This document shows, in pieces, positions 38,926-49,094 of a DNA stretch of 64,000 nucleotides. The DNA is taken from positions 1,920,001 to 1,984,000 of the forward strand of contig CAVYGB010000002.1 of NCBI GenBank assembly GCA_963767925.1. Reading direction: 5' to 3'. Numbering within the stretch: the stretch's first letter is position 1; each line of letters begins with the position of its first letter. Both the position numbers and the translations under genes were made by a program. The notes beneath the pieces were generated by a model. The model saw nothing but the letters and a program-made list of their open reading frames with translations, was not told the DNA's origin and did not search any database. This DNA is from an uncultured delta proteobacterium (lineage in GTDB: Bacteria; Myxococcota_A; Polyangia; Fen-1088).

Positions 38926-39975
38926 TCACTCCACCACCTCATCTACCCTCTCCCCCGCCCCCGGCCGCAGCCCATACCTCTCCCCCAACCGCGCCAGATT
39001 CGCCACCGTCACCGTCGAGATCGGCGGCTCCACCGGATGATCCCCCGCCCGCCACCCCGTCTGCGCCAGCTCGAAGATCAGGTGCGCACACTGCACCCCC
39101 AGCGCCTCGTGATCCGGCACCACCGCAAACGACCCGAACCGCGCCGCTCCCGCCGCCAGACTGGTCACCCCCACCACCACCGGCAGATCGAGCTGCGCCA
39201 GCTCCGGCCGCCAGGCCACCTCGAGGAACTCGGCGTCGCGCAGCAGCCCGCTGTCGCCGAGCACCCAGAGCGCGTCGAGCTGCGGGGTATCGCGCGCCGC
39301 GCGCAGGGCCGCGCGGACCTCCGCCGCGCCGGGATCGTCCCCCACCACGAAGGGCACCAGCGCGATCTGCTCCCGGGCCGCCAGCCGCTGCTGCTGCTCC
39401 AGGAACCCCAGGAACCGGCGCCGGCAGGGGACCGCCACCCGATGCACCGGGCGGGCGATCACCGACCGGAGCTGCACCAGCGCGGTCACCCCCGGCACCT
39501 CGTAGGCGATCCCGGTCGTGTTGGCGAGGTGGCCCAGGTCCCCCAGGAACGAGGTCATCACCGCCACCGCCGGGGGCGCCGGCCGCTCGGCCGGGCGGCT
39601 GTCGGCGTAGCGCCGGTACAGCGACAGGACCGGGTCGTCCATCACCACCACCGCCGCGAAGCGCTCCCCCTCGAGCGCGCGGACCAGCGCCGCGACCTCG
39701 GGCGGGCCCGCGAACGCCAGGGTGGTGAGGGCGAAGTCGGGCTCGAGCTCCTCGAGCAGCGACCGGTGCACGACCCGGAAGGGCGCCAGATCCGGCAGCG
39801 CGACGAGGATGCGCGGAGGGTGCGCCGGCGCGGGGGGATCGGCGGCGATCCAGCCCCGGGGTGGCCCGGCGCCCGGCCGCGGCGGGCGTGCGCCGAACCC
39901 CCAGCCGAGCGCCCCGGTCAGCGCGCGGAGCAAGGACCGCCGCAGCCGATCGACGGGCGGCGGCTCCCCCGTCAT
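38926..39975 (-). CDS. ABC_sub_bind-like periplasmic binding protein, paralog of 40749-41891
   Basis: RRSLL Tat-like N-terminus; NTTGIAYEVPGVTA, DALWVL, FAVVPDHEALG, HPVEPPIST shared with the paralog. Confidence 0.65.
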   Translation of the reverse strand: MTGEPPPVDRLRRSLLRALTGALGWGFGARPPRPGAGPPRGWIAADPPAPAHPPRILVALPDLAPFRVVHRSLLEELEPDFALTTLAFAGPPEVAALVRALEGERFAAVVVMDDPVLSLYRRYADSRPAERPAPPAVAVMTSFLGDLGHLANTTGIAYEVPGVTALVQLRSVIARPVHRVAVPCRRRFLGFLEQQQRLAAREQIALVPFVVGDDPGAAEVRAALRAARDTPQLDALWVLGDSGLLRDAEFLEVAWRPELAQLDLPVVVGVTSLAAGAARFGSFAVVPDHEALGVQCAHLIFELAQTGWRAGDHPVEPPISTVTVANLARLGERYGLRPGAGERVDEVVE

Positions 39976-40748
39976 CGTCCCTTCCAGCGGTCGAGGCCCA
40001 GCATCCCCAGGGTGGCGGCGTCGAGCCGCATCACCTGCTGGATGACCAGGTCACGCCGGCTGGTGTTCCACACCCCCAGCGCGGGCAGGCCGACCCGGGC
40101 CTCCGGCAGGGTGTGCACCCGCAGCCGCAGGCGGCTGCGCTCGGAGATGCTGCCGACCGCCTCGCCGGGGACCAGGACCGCGCCCGCCGCCGAAAACTGC
40201 AGGAGGGGCAGCAGGTCCTCGAACTTGGTCACCCGGCGCAGCTCCACCGTCGACTTGCCGAGCAACCGGGTGACGAGCTGCTGGGTCCCGGTGCGGCCCA
40301 GCAGGTCCACCACGCCGATCACCTTCGCGTCGGGCCCGCCGTCGGCGGCGCTCTCGTCGGACATCAGGACGTACGACTCCCAGTCGCGATCGCCGCGCAG
40401 GCCCTGCAGGGTGGGCGTCATCGACAGCATCGCCAGCAGCGGCTGCAGGGCGAGGATGGCGTCGGGCTTGCGGGTGGCGAGGGCGTCCTCGAAGTCGCGG
40501 AAGCGGCCGAAGACGGTCACCTCCAGGGCCGGCAGCCCCTGGCGCAGGGCCTTCTCCAGCAGCGACGACTTGAGCGACGTGTGCAGGTAGACGTAGAGCG
40601 ACGGCCGGGCCGGCTGGGCGAGCGCCGGTGGGGGCCCGGGGGAAAGGGCCCCGCCGCGGGCGGCGACGCCGCACAGCCAGGCCAGCCCGGCCGCTGCGGC
40701 GAGCAGCCTCCGCCGGCCGGTCGATGGCGTTCCCCCCCTGCCCACCAT
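39972..40748 (-). CDS. Exported protein, possibly type II solute-binding-like
   Basis: RRRLL signal-like N-terminus; overlaps or abuts both neighbours. Confidence 0.55.
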   Translation of the reverse strand: MVGRGGTPSTGRRRLLAAAAGLAWLCGVAARGGALSPGPPPALAQPARPSLYVYLHTSLKSSLLEKALRQGLPALEVTVFGRFRDFEDALATRKPDAILALQPLLAMLSMTPTLQGLRGDRDWESYVLMSDESAADGGPDAKVIGVVDLLGRTGTQQLVTRLLGKSTVELRRVTKFEDLLPLLQFSAAGAVLVPGEAVGSISERSRLRLRVHTLPEARVGLPALGVWNTSRRDLVIQQVMRLDAATLGMLGLDRWKGR

Positions 40749-41891
40749 CTACTCCACCGGCTCGTCGATCAGGCTGGCGGCGTCCGGGCGCAGGCCCGCC
40801 TGCTCGCGCAGCCGGGCGACGTTGGCCAGGGTCAAGGTGGAGATGGGCAGCTCGACCGGGTGCTGGTCGGCTCGCCAGCCCGACTCGGCCACCCGCAGGA
40901 TGAGGCGGGCGGTCTGGATGCCCAGCTCCTCGTGGTCGGGCACCACCGCGAAGCTGGCGAACTCGGCCCGGGCCGCCACCAGGCTGGCCAGCCCGACCAC
41001 CACCGGGATGCGGAGCTGGTTGATCGCCGGTCGCCAGACCTCGTTGATGAAGCGGACGCTCTTGAGCAGGCGCCGGTCGCTCAGCACCCACAGGGCATCG
41101 ACGTCCGATTCGCGGGTCGAGGCCAGGGCGGCCCGCACCTCGGCGGCGGTGGGATCGGCCCCCACCTCGAGGGGCACCAGGGTGATGTCCTCCTTGGCCG
41201 CCAGGCGGGCCTGCCGATCGATGAACTGGCGGAAGCGCGGCCGGTAGACAACCGCCACCTTGCGCACCGGCCGGCTGATCACCGACCGCAGCTTGACGAA
41301 GGCGGTCACCCCCGGGATCTCGTAGGCCACCCCGGTCGTGTTGCGGATGCGCCGGAGCTCCTCGATGAAAAACGGGGTCATCGCCACCACCGCCGGCGGG
41401 ACCGCCTCGCTGTCCGCCTGGGCCTCGGCGTGGTGCTGGTAGAGGGCGAGCGCCGGGTTGTCGAGCACCAGCAGGCAGGTGGGGTGCAGCTCGGTCAGCT
41501 TGGCGGTGAACTCGGCCAGCTTGGTGTTGGCGTCCACCAGGGCGGTGACGACGTCGAGCTCGCTCTCCAGCTCGCGCACGACCGCCTTCCGCATGACGTT
41601 GAACGCCGGCGAGTCGGGCATCGCGATCAGGAGCAGCGGCCGGCCCGGCCGGCGGGGAGGGTCGGCGAACCGGGGGGGCGGCGGGGCCGCGGGCCCGCTC
41701 GGGACGCCGCCACAGCCCAGCCCCCCGGCCGCCAGGCCCGCCGCCAGCAGGCAGACCAGGGCCCGGCGCCGGCCCGAGGCGAGCGGGCAGCGGTCGGCCC
41801 GAGGTGGTGCCAGGGAACCCACTGACAGCCTCTGGCATCGGTCGATCGCGTCGCCGGCTAGATCGACAGGTGGGCCGGCGTCGGCCTGCAT
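40749..41891 (-). CDS. ABC_sub_bind-like lipoprotein
   Basis: RRALV...LGC lipobox-like; NTTGVAYEIPGVTA, DALWVL, FAVVPDHEELG; start uncertain. Confidence 0.65.
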   Translation of the reverse strand: MQADAGPPVDLAGDAIDRCQRLSVGSLAPPRADRCPLASGRRRALVCLLAAGLAAGGLGCGGVPSGPAAPPPPRFADPPRRPGRPLLLIAMPDSPAFNVMRKAVVRELESELDVVTALVDANTKLAEFTAKLTELHPTCLLVLDNPALALYQHHAEAQADSEAVPPAVVAMTPFFIEELRRIRNTTGVAYEIPGVTAFVKLRSVISRPVRKVAVVYRPRFRQFIDRQARLAAKEDITLVPLEVGADPTAAEVRAALASTRESDVDALWVLSDRRLLKSVRFINEVWRPAINQLRIPVVVGLASLVAARAEFASFAVVPDHEELGIQTARLILRVAESGWRADQHPVELPISTLTLANVARLREQAGLRPDAASLIDEPVE

Positions 41892-41926
41892 TAAAGCCAG
41901 GGCCCGGTTCGGTCGATCCGCCTGCG

Positions 41927-43567
41927 GTGGAGTCCCCTTCCGCTCCCCCCCCGCCCGGCCCCCGGAGCGTGCACGCCAAGCTCCTCCGCCTGGTGGTGAC
42001 GACCCTGCTGCTCGTCACCAGCAGCACCCTGGTCATCGTCGCGGGCTACAGCATGCGCCTGTCCCGGCGGACCCTGGCCGAGCTGGAGTCGCAGATCCGA
42101 TCGAGCATCGTCGCCCAGGGCCACAGCCTGGTGGCCGATCAGGCCGTCGCCCTGCGCAGCCTGGTCACCGACAACGCCTTCGGCGACGTCGCGGCGCTGG
42201 TCAAGGCCACCCGGGCTCGCGAGTCGGACGTGGTGTACGGCCTGTTTCTGGCCGCCGACGGCCGTCCCTGGGTCTGGGTCTCGCCCGACGCCCGGGGCGA
42301 GCCGGGGCTGCCCCCCTCGAGCGGCTGGAAGCAGCTCGGGGTGAACCAGAGATGGACCCCCCGGGCCCAGACCCGCCTGCGCACCTTCGACCTCGGCGGC
42401 GCGCCGGTGTTCGAGTTCTCGGCCCCCGTCCTGGCCGAGGACGGCGTGCTGGGTACGATCTTCTACGGCCTCTCGAGCGCCCGCCTGCGGGGGGCCTTGC
42501 AGCGGGCCCGGGGCGACGCGCGCTATGCGGCCGTGCGGACGGTGGCGCTGCTGGGATTGCTGGGCGTGGGCGGCCTGGCCCTGGGCTTTCTGCTCGCCCG
42601 GCGGGCGGCGGGCAAGATCACCGCCCCCATCGCCGTCCTGACCAGGGCGGCCCGCCGGATCGCCCTCGGCGAGCGGGACGTGCGCGTCGACGTGCGCAGC
42701 GGCGACGAGGTGGAGACGCTGGCCACCGCCTTCAACGCGATGATCGGGGATCTGTCGCGGGCCTACGGCGAGCTCGAGGTCCTCAACCGCGACCTCGAGC
42801 AGCGGGTGCGCGAGCGGACGGCGGAGCTGCAGCTCGCCAACTCCGACCTGGAGTCCTTCACCTATAGCGTCTCGCACGACCTGCGGGCGCCCCTGCGGGC
42901 CATCGACGCCTTCGCCCAGATCATCGAGGAGGACCACGGCACCACCCTGGTCCCCGACGCCCGCGAGCTGTTCACCCGCATGCGCAAGTCGACGAAACAC
43001 ATGGCCACCTTGATCGACGACCTGCTCAACCTGTCGCGGGTCGGCCGGGCCTCCATCGCGGTCGGCCGGGTCGACCTGCGGGCCCTGTCGAGCGCGATCG
43101 TCGAGGAGCTGCTGGAGGAGGAGCAGGCCCGGCCCGAGCGCTCCCCCGTCAAGGCCTCGGTGGCCGAGCTCCCCCCCTGCCAGGGCGACGCCAACCTGCT
43201 GCGCCAGGTGCTGTTCAACCTGCTGTCGAACGCCTTCAAGTTCACCCAGAAGAGCAACCCCGCCGTGATCGAGGTCGGCCACACCGTGACCGAGCAGGGA
43301 CCGGCCTACTTCGTGCGAGACAATGGGGCCGGCTTCGACATGAAATACGCCGACAAGCTGTTCGGGGTCTTCCAGCGCCTGCACCGCCAGACCGACTTTC
43401 CCGGCACCGGCGTGGGCCTGAGCATCGTCAAGCGCATCGTGCAAAAGCACGGGGGCGCCATCTGGGCCCAGTCGTCCCCCGGCAACGGGGCCGTGTTCTA
43501 CTTCTCGATCGGCGCCCCGCCCGCCTCCTCGGCCTCGACGTCTGCCAGCGCGATCGCCGCGGCCTGA
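41927..43567 (+). CDS. Membrane sensor histidine kinase (periplasmic domain - HAMP - HisKA - HATPase)
   Basis: Two TM helices, DEVETLATAFN HAMP, SVSHDLRAPLR, NLLSNAFKFT, DNGAGF, GTGVGL; start uncertain (41927 or 41969). Confidence 0.92.
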   Translation: MESPSAPPPPGPRSVHAKLLRLVVTTLLLVTSSTLVIVAGYSMRLSRRTLAELESQIRSSIVAQGHSLVADQAVALRSLVTDNAFGDVAALVKATRARESDVVYGLFLAADGRPWVWVSPDARGEPGLPPSSGWKQLGVNQRWTPRAQTRLRTFDLGGAPVFEFSAPVLAEDGVLGTIFYGLSSARLRGALQRARGDARYAAVRTVALLGLLGVGGLALGFLLARRAAGKITAPIAVLTRAARRIALGERDVRVDVRSGDEVETLATAFNAMIGDLSRAYGELEVLNRDLEQRVRERTAELQLANSDLESFTYSVSHDLRAPLRAIDAFAQIIEEDHGTTLVPDARELFTRMRKSTKHMATLIDDLLNLSRVGRASIAVGRVDLRALSSAIVEELLEEEQARPERSPVKASVAELPPCQGDANLLRQVLFNLLSNAFKFTQKSNPAVIEVGHTVTEQGPAYFVRDNGAGFDMKYADKLFGVFQRLHRQTDFPGTGVGLSIVKRIVQKHGGAIWAQSSPGNGAVFYFSIGAPPASSASTSASAIAAA

Positions 43568-43655
43568 AGGCGCCCCAGGGTGGGGGACGGGGCCTCGGGC
43601 GCCGGGGCCGTCGCCGCCAGGAACAGGAGGCCTTTCGTTGCAGTCATGGAGGGGC

Positions 43656-44114
43656 TCAGGTGCGGGTGCGGTTGGTGATCATCCAGTACAGGCCGAGGTT
43701 GGTCACGGCCTTGATGAAGCTGTCGTGGTCCACCGGCTTGCTCACGAAGCTGTTGGCTCCGTATTTGTAGGCGGCGGCGATGTCGGGATCCTCCGACGAG
43801 GAGGTGAAGACGACCACCGGCAGCTCCTGGAAGCGGGGGTCGGCCCGGACGGTGCGCAGGACGTCGAGGCCACCCAGCTTGGGGAGCTTGAGGTCGAGCA
43901 ACATCAGCCGGGGGATCGGCGCCGGCCCCCGGTTGGCGTAGGCCCCCCGGGTGAAGAGGAAGTCGATGGCCTCGGCGCCGTCGCGCATGACCGTCACCTC
44001 GTTGGCCAGCCGGAGCTTGCGCAGGGTGCGCAGGGTCAGGAACTCGTCGTTGGCGTCGTCCTCGACCACCAGGATCAGATCCCGGGTCGCGTCCAGCCCG
44101 TCCTGAGGGTTCAT
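43656..44114 (-). CDS. Single-domain response regulator (Rcp1-like)
   Basis: ILVVEDD, LLDLKLPKLGG, VVFTSS, GANSFVSKP, LGLYW. Confidence 0.92.
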   Translation of the reverse strand: MNPQDGLDATRDLILVVEDDANDEFLTLRTLRKLRLANEVTVMRDGAEAIDFLFTRGAYANRGPAPIPRLMLLDLKLPKLGGLDVLRTVRADPRFQELPVVVFTSSSEDPDIAAAYKYGANSFVSKPVDHDSFIKAVTNLGLYWMITNRTRT

Positions 44115-44286
44115 GGAGCCTCCCCCATGATCTTCGGCCGATGACCGCGCCGGGCTGAGACCGGCCCGCCGGACGCTCGACATCGGGGCGCCATCGGGGC
44201 AGACCCGCAGCGAGGTCTGCCGACACGGCGCCGCGCGAGCCGCTGCGCTCAAGCTGGGCGAGGGGCCGTCGATATCCGAGGGGGGG

Positions 44287-45636
44287 GTGGACGGCGTGAC
44301 GAGGGTCCATTGGGCGGCGGCGGCGGTGGCGTTGGTGGGGAGCGGGGCCTGTGGCGAGGGCGATACCGACGGCGGTCCGATCACCATCAACTACCTCCGG
44401 CAGGACAACCCGGACTTCATGAAGGCCGACGACGACGCCTTCGCCAGCTACACCGATCTGCACCCAGGGGTGAAGGTCGCCGCCACGACGATCAAGTACC
44501 AGTCGCTCTCGGCCAGCCTGCTGTCCGAGCTGAAGAAGGATCAGCTCAGCGCCGACCTGGTCGCGGTGACGCCCTCCTGGGTCTGCACCTTCGCCGAGAA
44601 CCTGGCGGATGTGCCCGAGGACATCGTCACGCTGAGCGCGGCGCAGACCACGTTCTTCGCGCCGCCCCTGGCGGGCGCCACCTGCAACGGCCGCCTCAAG
44701 GGGTTGCCGATGGAATACAACCTCGAATACGGGGGCGTGGTCGTCAACCTGGACATGTACCAGGCGAAGTTCCCGGGCCGCACGCCCGGCTGGACCGACT
44801 GGGCCAGCTTCATCAGCGAGGCGTCCGCCCTGAGCGAGGTCGACGCGGGGGGCGCCGGTCGGGCCAACGGCCTCGACATCGATCCGGTGTGGCCGCAGCC
44901 GGCCAAGCACCTCTTCCTCAGCCAGATCCTCCAGCGGGGGGGGACCTACTGGTCGCCGGACGGCACCCGGTTCGACTTCGGCACGGCGGCGGCCCGCGAC
45001 GCGCTGACCGAGATGGTCCGCTGGATCGCCGGGGCCAAGGTGATGTTCCGGGATCTGGTCCCCGACCGGAACACCTTCGTCACCACCCGGCTGGCGATGG
45101 GCGCCACCACCCACGGCTGGATGGATCTCGGCCGCCCGCTGAGCGCCATGGGCTACGCCGGCACCTGGGCCCTGCCCAACACCGTGGGGCAGGTGCCCTC
45201 CGGGACCGCCCGGCGGTTCGAGTTCGCGACCGTGCCCCCCATGGTCGGCGGGCAGCACCGGTTCGTGCAGAACTCGGGCTGGGCGCTCGTGGTCCCGCGC
45301 TCGAGCAAGAACGCCCGGATCGCCTGGGACATCGCCCGCTCCCTGGCCCTCGATCCGCAGGCCGCGCGGCGCTGGTCCGCCACCGCCGGCACCCTGCCGG
45401 CCCTGCGGGCCAACGGCACCCCGGAGGCGGCGGCGGCCGACCCCCTGCTCAGCAAGGTGCAGCCCCTGCTCGAGCACGGGCAGTGGGTCGGATACATCCC
45501 GGCGGCGGCCATCGAGACCGTCGAGGGGGCCATCGTGAGCAACTTCTTCGACGCCGCCACCGGCAAAAAGGCGATCGAAAAGGCGCTCTCCGACATGCAG
45601 GACACCGCCAACGCTGCGCTCGAGCAGCACCGCTGA
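44287..45636 (+). CDS. Extracellular solute-binding lipoprotein (family 1, sugar-type)
   Basis: SGAC lipobox-like; KGLPMEYN, GTWA, SGWALVV. Confidence 0.75.
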   Translation: MDGVTRVHWAAAAVALVGSGACGEGDTDGGPITINYLRQDNPDFMKADDDAFASYTDLHPGVKVAATTIKYQSLSASLLSELKKDQLSADLVAVTPSWVCTFAENLADVPEDIVTLSAAQTTFFAPPLAGATCNGRLKGLPMEYNLEYGGVVVNLDMYQAKFPGRTPGWTDWASFISEASALSEVDAGGAGRANGLDIDPVWPQPAKHLFLSQILQRGGTYWSPDGTRFDFGTAAARDALTEMVRWIAGAKVMFRDLVPDRNTFVTTRLAMGATTHGWMDLGRPLSAMGYAGTWALPNTVGQVPSGTARRFEFATVPPMVGGQHRFVQNSGWALVVPRSSKNARIAWDIARSLALDPQAARRWSATAGTLPALRANGTPEAAAADPLLSKVQPLLEHGQWVGYIPAAAIETVEGAIVSNFFDAATGKKAIEKALSDMQDTANAALEQHR

Positions 45637-45652
45637 GGCGGCGGCGCGGGTC

Positions 45653-46870
45653 ATGAGGGGGCGCCCGAGGGATCCGCGCCGGGTGGCGCTCCTGGTCGGG
45701 CTGGCCCTGGCGGCGCCGCTGGCCTGCGATCCGCCGGCCGATCCGGACAGCCTGCCGATCGGCCTGATGCTCTCTTATTCCGGCTACCTGGCGGCCAACA
45801 GCGTCAACTCCGAGCGGGCGCTGACCCTGGCCATCGAGACGGCCAACGCCGCCGGCGGGAGCGCCGGGCGCCCCCTGCGGATCCTGGCCCGCAACACCCG
45901 CAGCGATCCCAGCCAGGTCTCCCTGCGGGCGCAGGAGCTGATCGACGCGGGGGTGGTCCTCGTCATCGGCCCCGACACGATCGACTTCGTCACCCAGCTC
46001 CGCATCATCATGAAGGACCGGGTCCTCATCCTGCCGAGCTTCGCCACCGCCTCGGACATCGAGTGGAAACACGCCTCCTGGTTCGTCATGGGGCCCGGGA
46101 CCTCGCAGGTGGGCTGCGAGCTGATCGCCCGGCTGCGCGCCGACGGGCGGGTCAACCCGCTCGTGATCGTGAACTCCACCGGCTACAACGGCTGGCTGGC
46201 CTGGGAGCTCACCAACGGCTTCGGCTTGCAACGGGTCCTGCTGGCGCCCGACGAGGCCTCCACCAAGGAGAGCGTCCAGCCCATCGTCGCGTCGCCCGCC
46301 GACGCCTACGTGCTGGCGGCCTACCCGGCCTCGGCCACCTCGCTGCTGTACGCCCTGCTGGCCACCGGGGCCCTCGACGATCCCACGCGCTGGTACCTGT
46401 CGCCCACCTTGCACACCCCGGCCTTCCTGGAGTCGAGCCCGCGCGACGCCCTGGTGGGGGCCCGGGGCATCGCCCCCGGCACCGGTCCGGACGCCTTCGC
46501 GTTCCGGGCCCGCTTCCGGGAGCGCTGGCACGACGAGCCGCTCGACGACGCCCACCCCTTCTACGACGCCGGCGCCGTGACCGCCCTGGCCCTTGCCCGG
46601 GCCTTGCAGCGCGAGGGGGCCCTCCCCGGGGAGGCCGGCCTGAGCGCCCACATCATCGCCGTGACCCGGGCGGGCGGGGAGATCGTCCGCTGGAACGAGA
46701 TCGGCCGCGGGCTCGCGCTGCTGGGCCAGGGCCAGGAGATCGAATACGTCGGCCTGACCGGCACCATCCAGTTCGACCTGTCGGGGCAGATCCCGGTGAC
46801 CCGGACGAGCTGGTGGAACATCACCCCCGACGGCTTCGCCGACATCCCCCGCGACAGCACCTGCCGCTGA
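45653..46870 (+). CDS. Branched-chain amino acid-type periplasmic binding lipoprotein
   Basis: LAC lipobox; IGLMLSYSG, AIETANAAGG, VIGP, YDA, VGLTGTIQFD. Confidence 0.8.
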   Translation: MRGRPRDPRRVALLVGLALAAPLACDPPADPDSLPIGLMLSYSGYLAANSVNSERALTLAIETANAAGGSAGRPLRILARNTRSDPSQVSLRAQELIDAGVVLVIGPDTIDFVTQLRIIMKDRVLILPSFATASDIEWKHASWFVMGPGTSQVGCELIARLRADGRVNPLVIVNSTGYNGWLAWELTNGFGLQRVLLAPDEASTKESVQPIVASPADAYVLAAYPASATSLLYALLATGALDDPTRWYLSPTLHTPAFLESSPRDALVGARGIAPGTGPDAFAFRARFRERWHDEPLDDAHPFYDAGAVTALALARALQREGALPGEAGLSAHIIAVTRAGGEIVRWNEIGRGLALLGQGQEIEYVGLTGTIQFDLSGQIPVTRTSWWNITPDGFADIPRDSTCR

Positions 46871-46895
46871 CCGAGCCGGGCGGCCGAGCGCGCCG

Positions 46896-49088
46896 CTAGA
46901 TGTTCAGGTTGAGCTGCAGGAAGAATGAGCGGGGGGCCAGCGGGTAGTCGACGCCGGAGAAGCCGGGGGTGGGGCCGGCGGCGCCGAGCAGGTTCTTGCC
47001 CTGCAGGGCGACGGAGACGTCGTTGCGGCGGCGGCCGAACAGGTCGAAGGGGAGGCTCTGCAGCCCCGCCTCCAGCAGCAGGTAGGCCGGCAACGAGTAG
47101 ACCCCGTCGTTGAGGAGGATGTTCGTGTCGCTGGCCCGCCGCGCGCCGACCAGCGAGCCCTGCAGCGAGGCCCGGAGGGGGAGCCAGCTCGGCTGGGTGA
47201 CGACGCCAGCGTGGATCATGAACGTGGGGTAGATGCCCCCCGCCGAGCCGACCAGCGAGCCGGAGTACCCTTCTTGCCCGGTGTCGCGCACGGTGCGCTG
47301 GGCCTCGAAGCTCAGGTGGGCCCGGACCAGGTCCCGGTAGCGGAGCTCGGCCAGCGTCTCCCAGGAGAGCGTCTCGGCCCGGGCGATGTTGCGCGCCACC
47401 TGGCTGATCCCTTGCTGCACGAACTCGGTCTTGTTGGCCAGCACGCTGTAGGCCACGTCGCTCGAGAAGGCCAGCAGCGGCAGCGGCTCCCAGGTGACCT
47501 GCAGCTCGACCGTGCGCACGTGCTGGGGCTCGAGCTGCGGATTGCCCATGACGTCTCCGGCCGCCGACGGGACGGCGTGGAGGAGCAGAGGGGAGGGGGC
47601 CTTGAAGGCGCTGCCGTAGAGCAGCTTGGCGTGGACGCCGGGCAGGGGATGCGAGACGAGCCCGATCCGCTCGCTGGTCTGGCCCCCGTAGACGTTGTGC
47701 CAGTCGTAGCGCAGGCCGCCGGTCAGGTCGAGCCGGCCTTCGAGGGGGCCCCAGGCGCTCCAGATGCCGTGCAGGTAGGCCCCGCCGTTGAGGAAGGTCC
47801 GGCGCGCCTGGCGAACCGAGATGCTGTCGATGACGTCGCCTGGCTGCCCGTCCTCGGTGACCTGCTTGGAGATCCCGATCCGCGAGGGCAACAGCTCGTC
47901 GTCGTAAAAGCCGCTGGCCCCCGCGACGACCCGCAGGCGGCGCGCCGCCCGGCGGGGCGTCCACTCGAGCTGGGCGTCGAGGTCCCCCCCGCGAAAGCCG
48001 TAGGTCCGGCGCACGTAGTAAAACTCGCTGCCCACCTCCAGGCGGCTGTCGGGCCCGGGGCCCCCCCGGAACGCCGTCGCCCGCAGCGAGAGGCGCAGCG
48101 TCGCGCCGGAGGCCTGGGTCCAGAACAGGCCGGTCCGGAGCTGGGACTGCGCGACCCGGTTCTCCGAGAGGATGCCGTCGTTCACCCCGTGGGCGAGCTG
48201 GAACAGCGATCCGAACTCGGCGCCCCGGCGCATGGCCGAGTAGTACCCGAACAGGCCGAGCTCGCCGCCCTGGTCCGGGCGGTAGGTCAGGCGGAAGAGG
48301 GCGGCGGTGGAGGTCTGATCCAGCCCCTGCGCCTCGCGCGCGCCCCGGCGGTGTTCGGGCAGCGACGGCTCGGGCGAGCTGTCCGGCAGGCGCAGGCCCG
48401 ACAGATCTTGCTGCGTCCGCCGCAAGGCCAGCAGGACGTCGAGGTCGCCCCGCTCGAACCCGGTCGAGAAGTCGAGGTCGGTCGCGGGCTCCCGGCCCAC
48501 CCAGCCCCCGCTCAGCCCGGCGCTGGCCCCGCTCAGGCTGGCGCCGGTGCGGGTCCTGATGTGGATGACCCCCAGGAAGGCGTCCGCTCCGAAGAGCGCC
48601 GAGGCGGGGCCGCGCACGATCTCGATCCGCTCGATGGCCGACAGGGGCACCAGCTCGGGCCCCAGCCAGTTGCCGCCGGTCGAGTGGTAGGCGACCGAGT
48701 GGCCGTCCATCATCACCTTGACGATGCTGCTGTCCGAGTAGAGGCCCCCCGAGATGCCCCGCACCGCCAGGTTGGCGGAGCTGTGGTCGTCGACCAGGTA
48801 AAAGCCGAGCAGGTGGCCGAGCAGCTCGGCCACCGAGCGGTAGCCCCAGACCGCGATCTGCTCGCGGGTGACGGTGGTGATGACGGCGGGGGCCTGGTGG
48901 TTCTTCTGCTCGGTGCGGGTGGCGGTCCAGACCTCGTCGGGCACCGCCAGCAGCGAGGCCAGGCTCAGGTCGTCGCTGTCGATCTCCTCGGGCGCGCCGG
49001 GCTCCGCCGTGGTGGCCCGGGCCGAGGTCGGCAGCGCGCCCAGCAGGGCCAGCAGGACGGGGACCCGGAGGTGGGAACGGGCGGTCAT
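46896..49088 (-). CDS. TonB-dependent receptor
   Basis: Signal peptide; plug IERIEIVRGPASALFGADAFLGVI; GLRYD, YGSAFKAPS, KNLL. Confidence 0.9.
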   Translation of the reverse strand: MTARSHLRVPVLLALLGALPTSARATTAEPGAPEEIDSDDLSLASLLAVPDEVWTATRTEQKNHQAPAVITTVTREQIAVWGYRSVAELLGHLLGFYLVDDHSSANLAVRGISGGLYSDSSIVKVMMDGHSVAYHSTGGNWLGPELVPLSAIERIEIVRGPASALFGADAFLGVIHIRTRTGASLSGASAGLSGGWVGREPATDLDFSTGFERGDLDVLLALRRTQQDLSGLRLPDSSPEPSLPEHRRGAREAQGLDQTSTAALFRLTYRPDQGGELGLFGYYSAMRRGAEFGSLFQLAHGVNDGILSENRVAQSQLRTGLFWTQASGATLRLSLRATAFRGGPGPDSRLEVGSEFYYVRRTYGFRGGDLDAQLEWTPRRAARRLRVVAGASGFYDDELLPSRIGISKQVTEDGQPGDVIDSISVRQARRTFLNGGAYLHGIWSAWGPLEGRLDLTGGLRYDWHNVYGGQTSERIGLVSHPLPGVHAKLLYGSAFKAPSPLLLHAVPSAAGDVMGNPQLEPQHVRTVELQVTWEPLPLLAFSSDVAYSVLANKTEFVQQGISQVARNIARAETLSWETLAELRYRDLVRAHLSFEAQRTVRDTGQEGYSGSLVGSAGGIYPTFMIHAGVVTQPSWLPLRASLQGSLVGARRASDTNILLNDGVYSLPAYLLLEAGLQSLPFDLFGRRRNDVSVALQGKNLLGAAGPTPGFSGVDYPLAPRSFFLQLNLNI

Positions 49089-49094
49089 CGCGGC

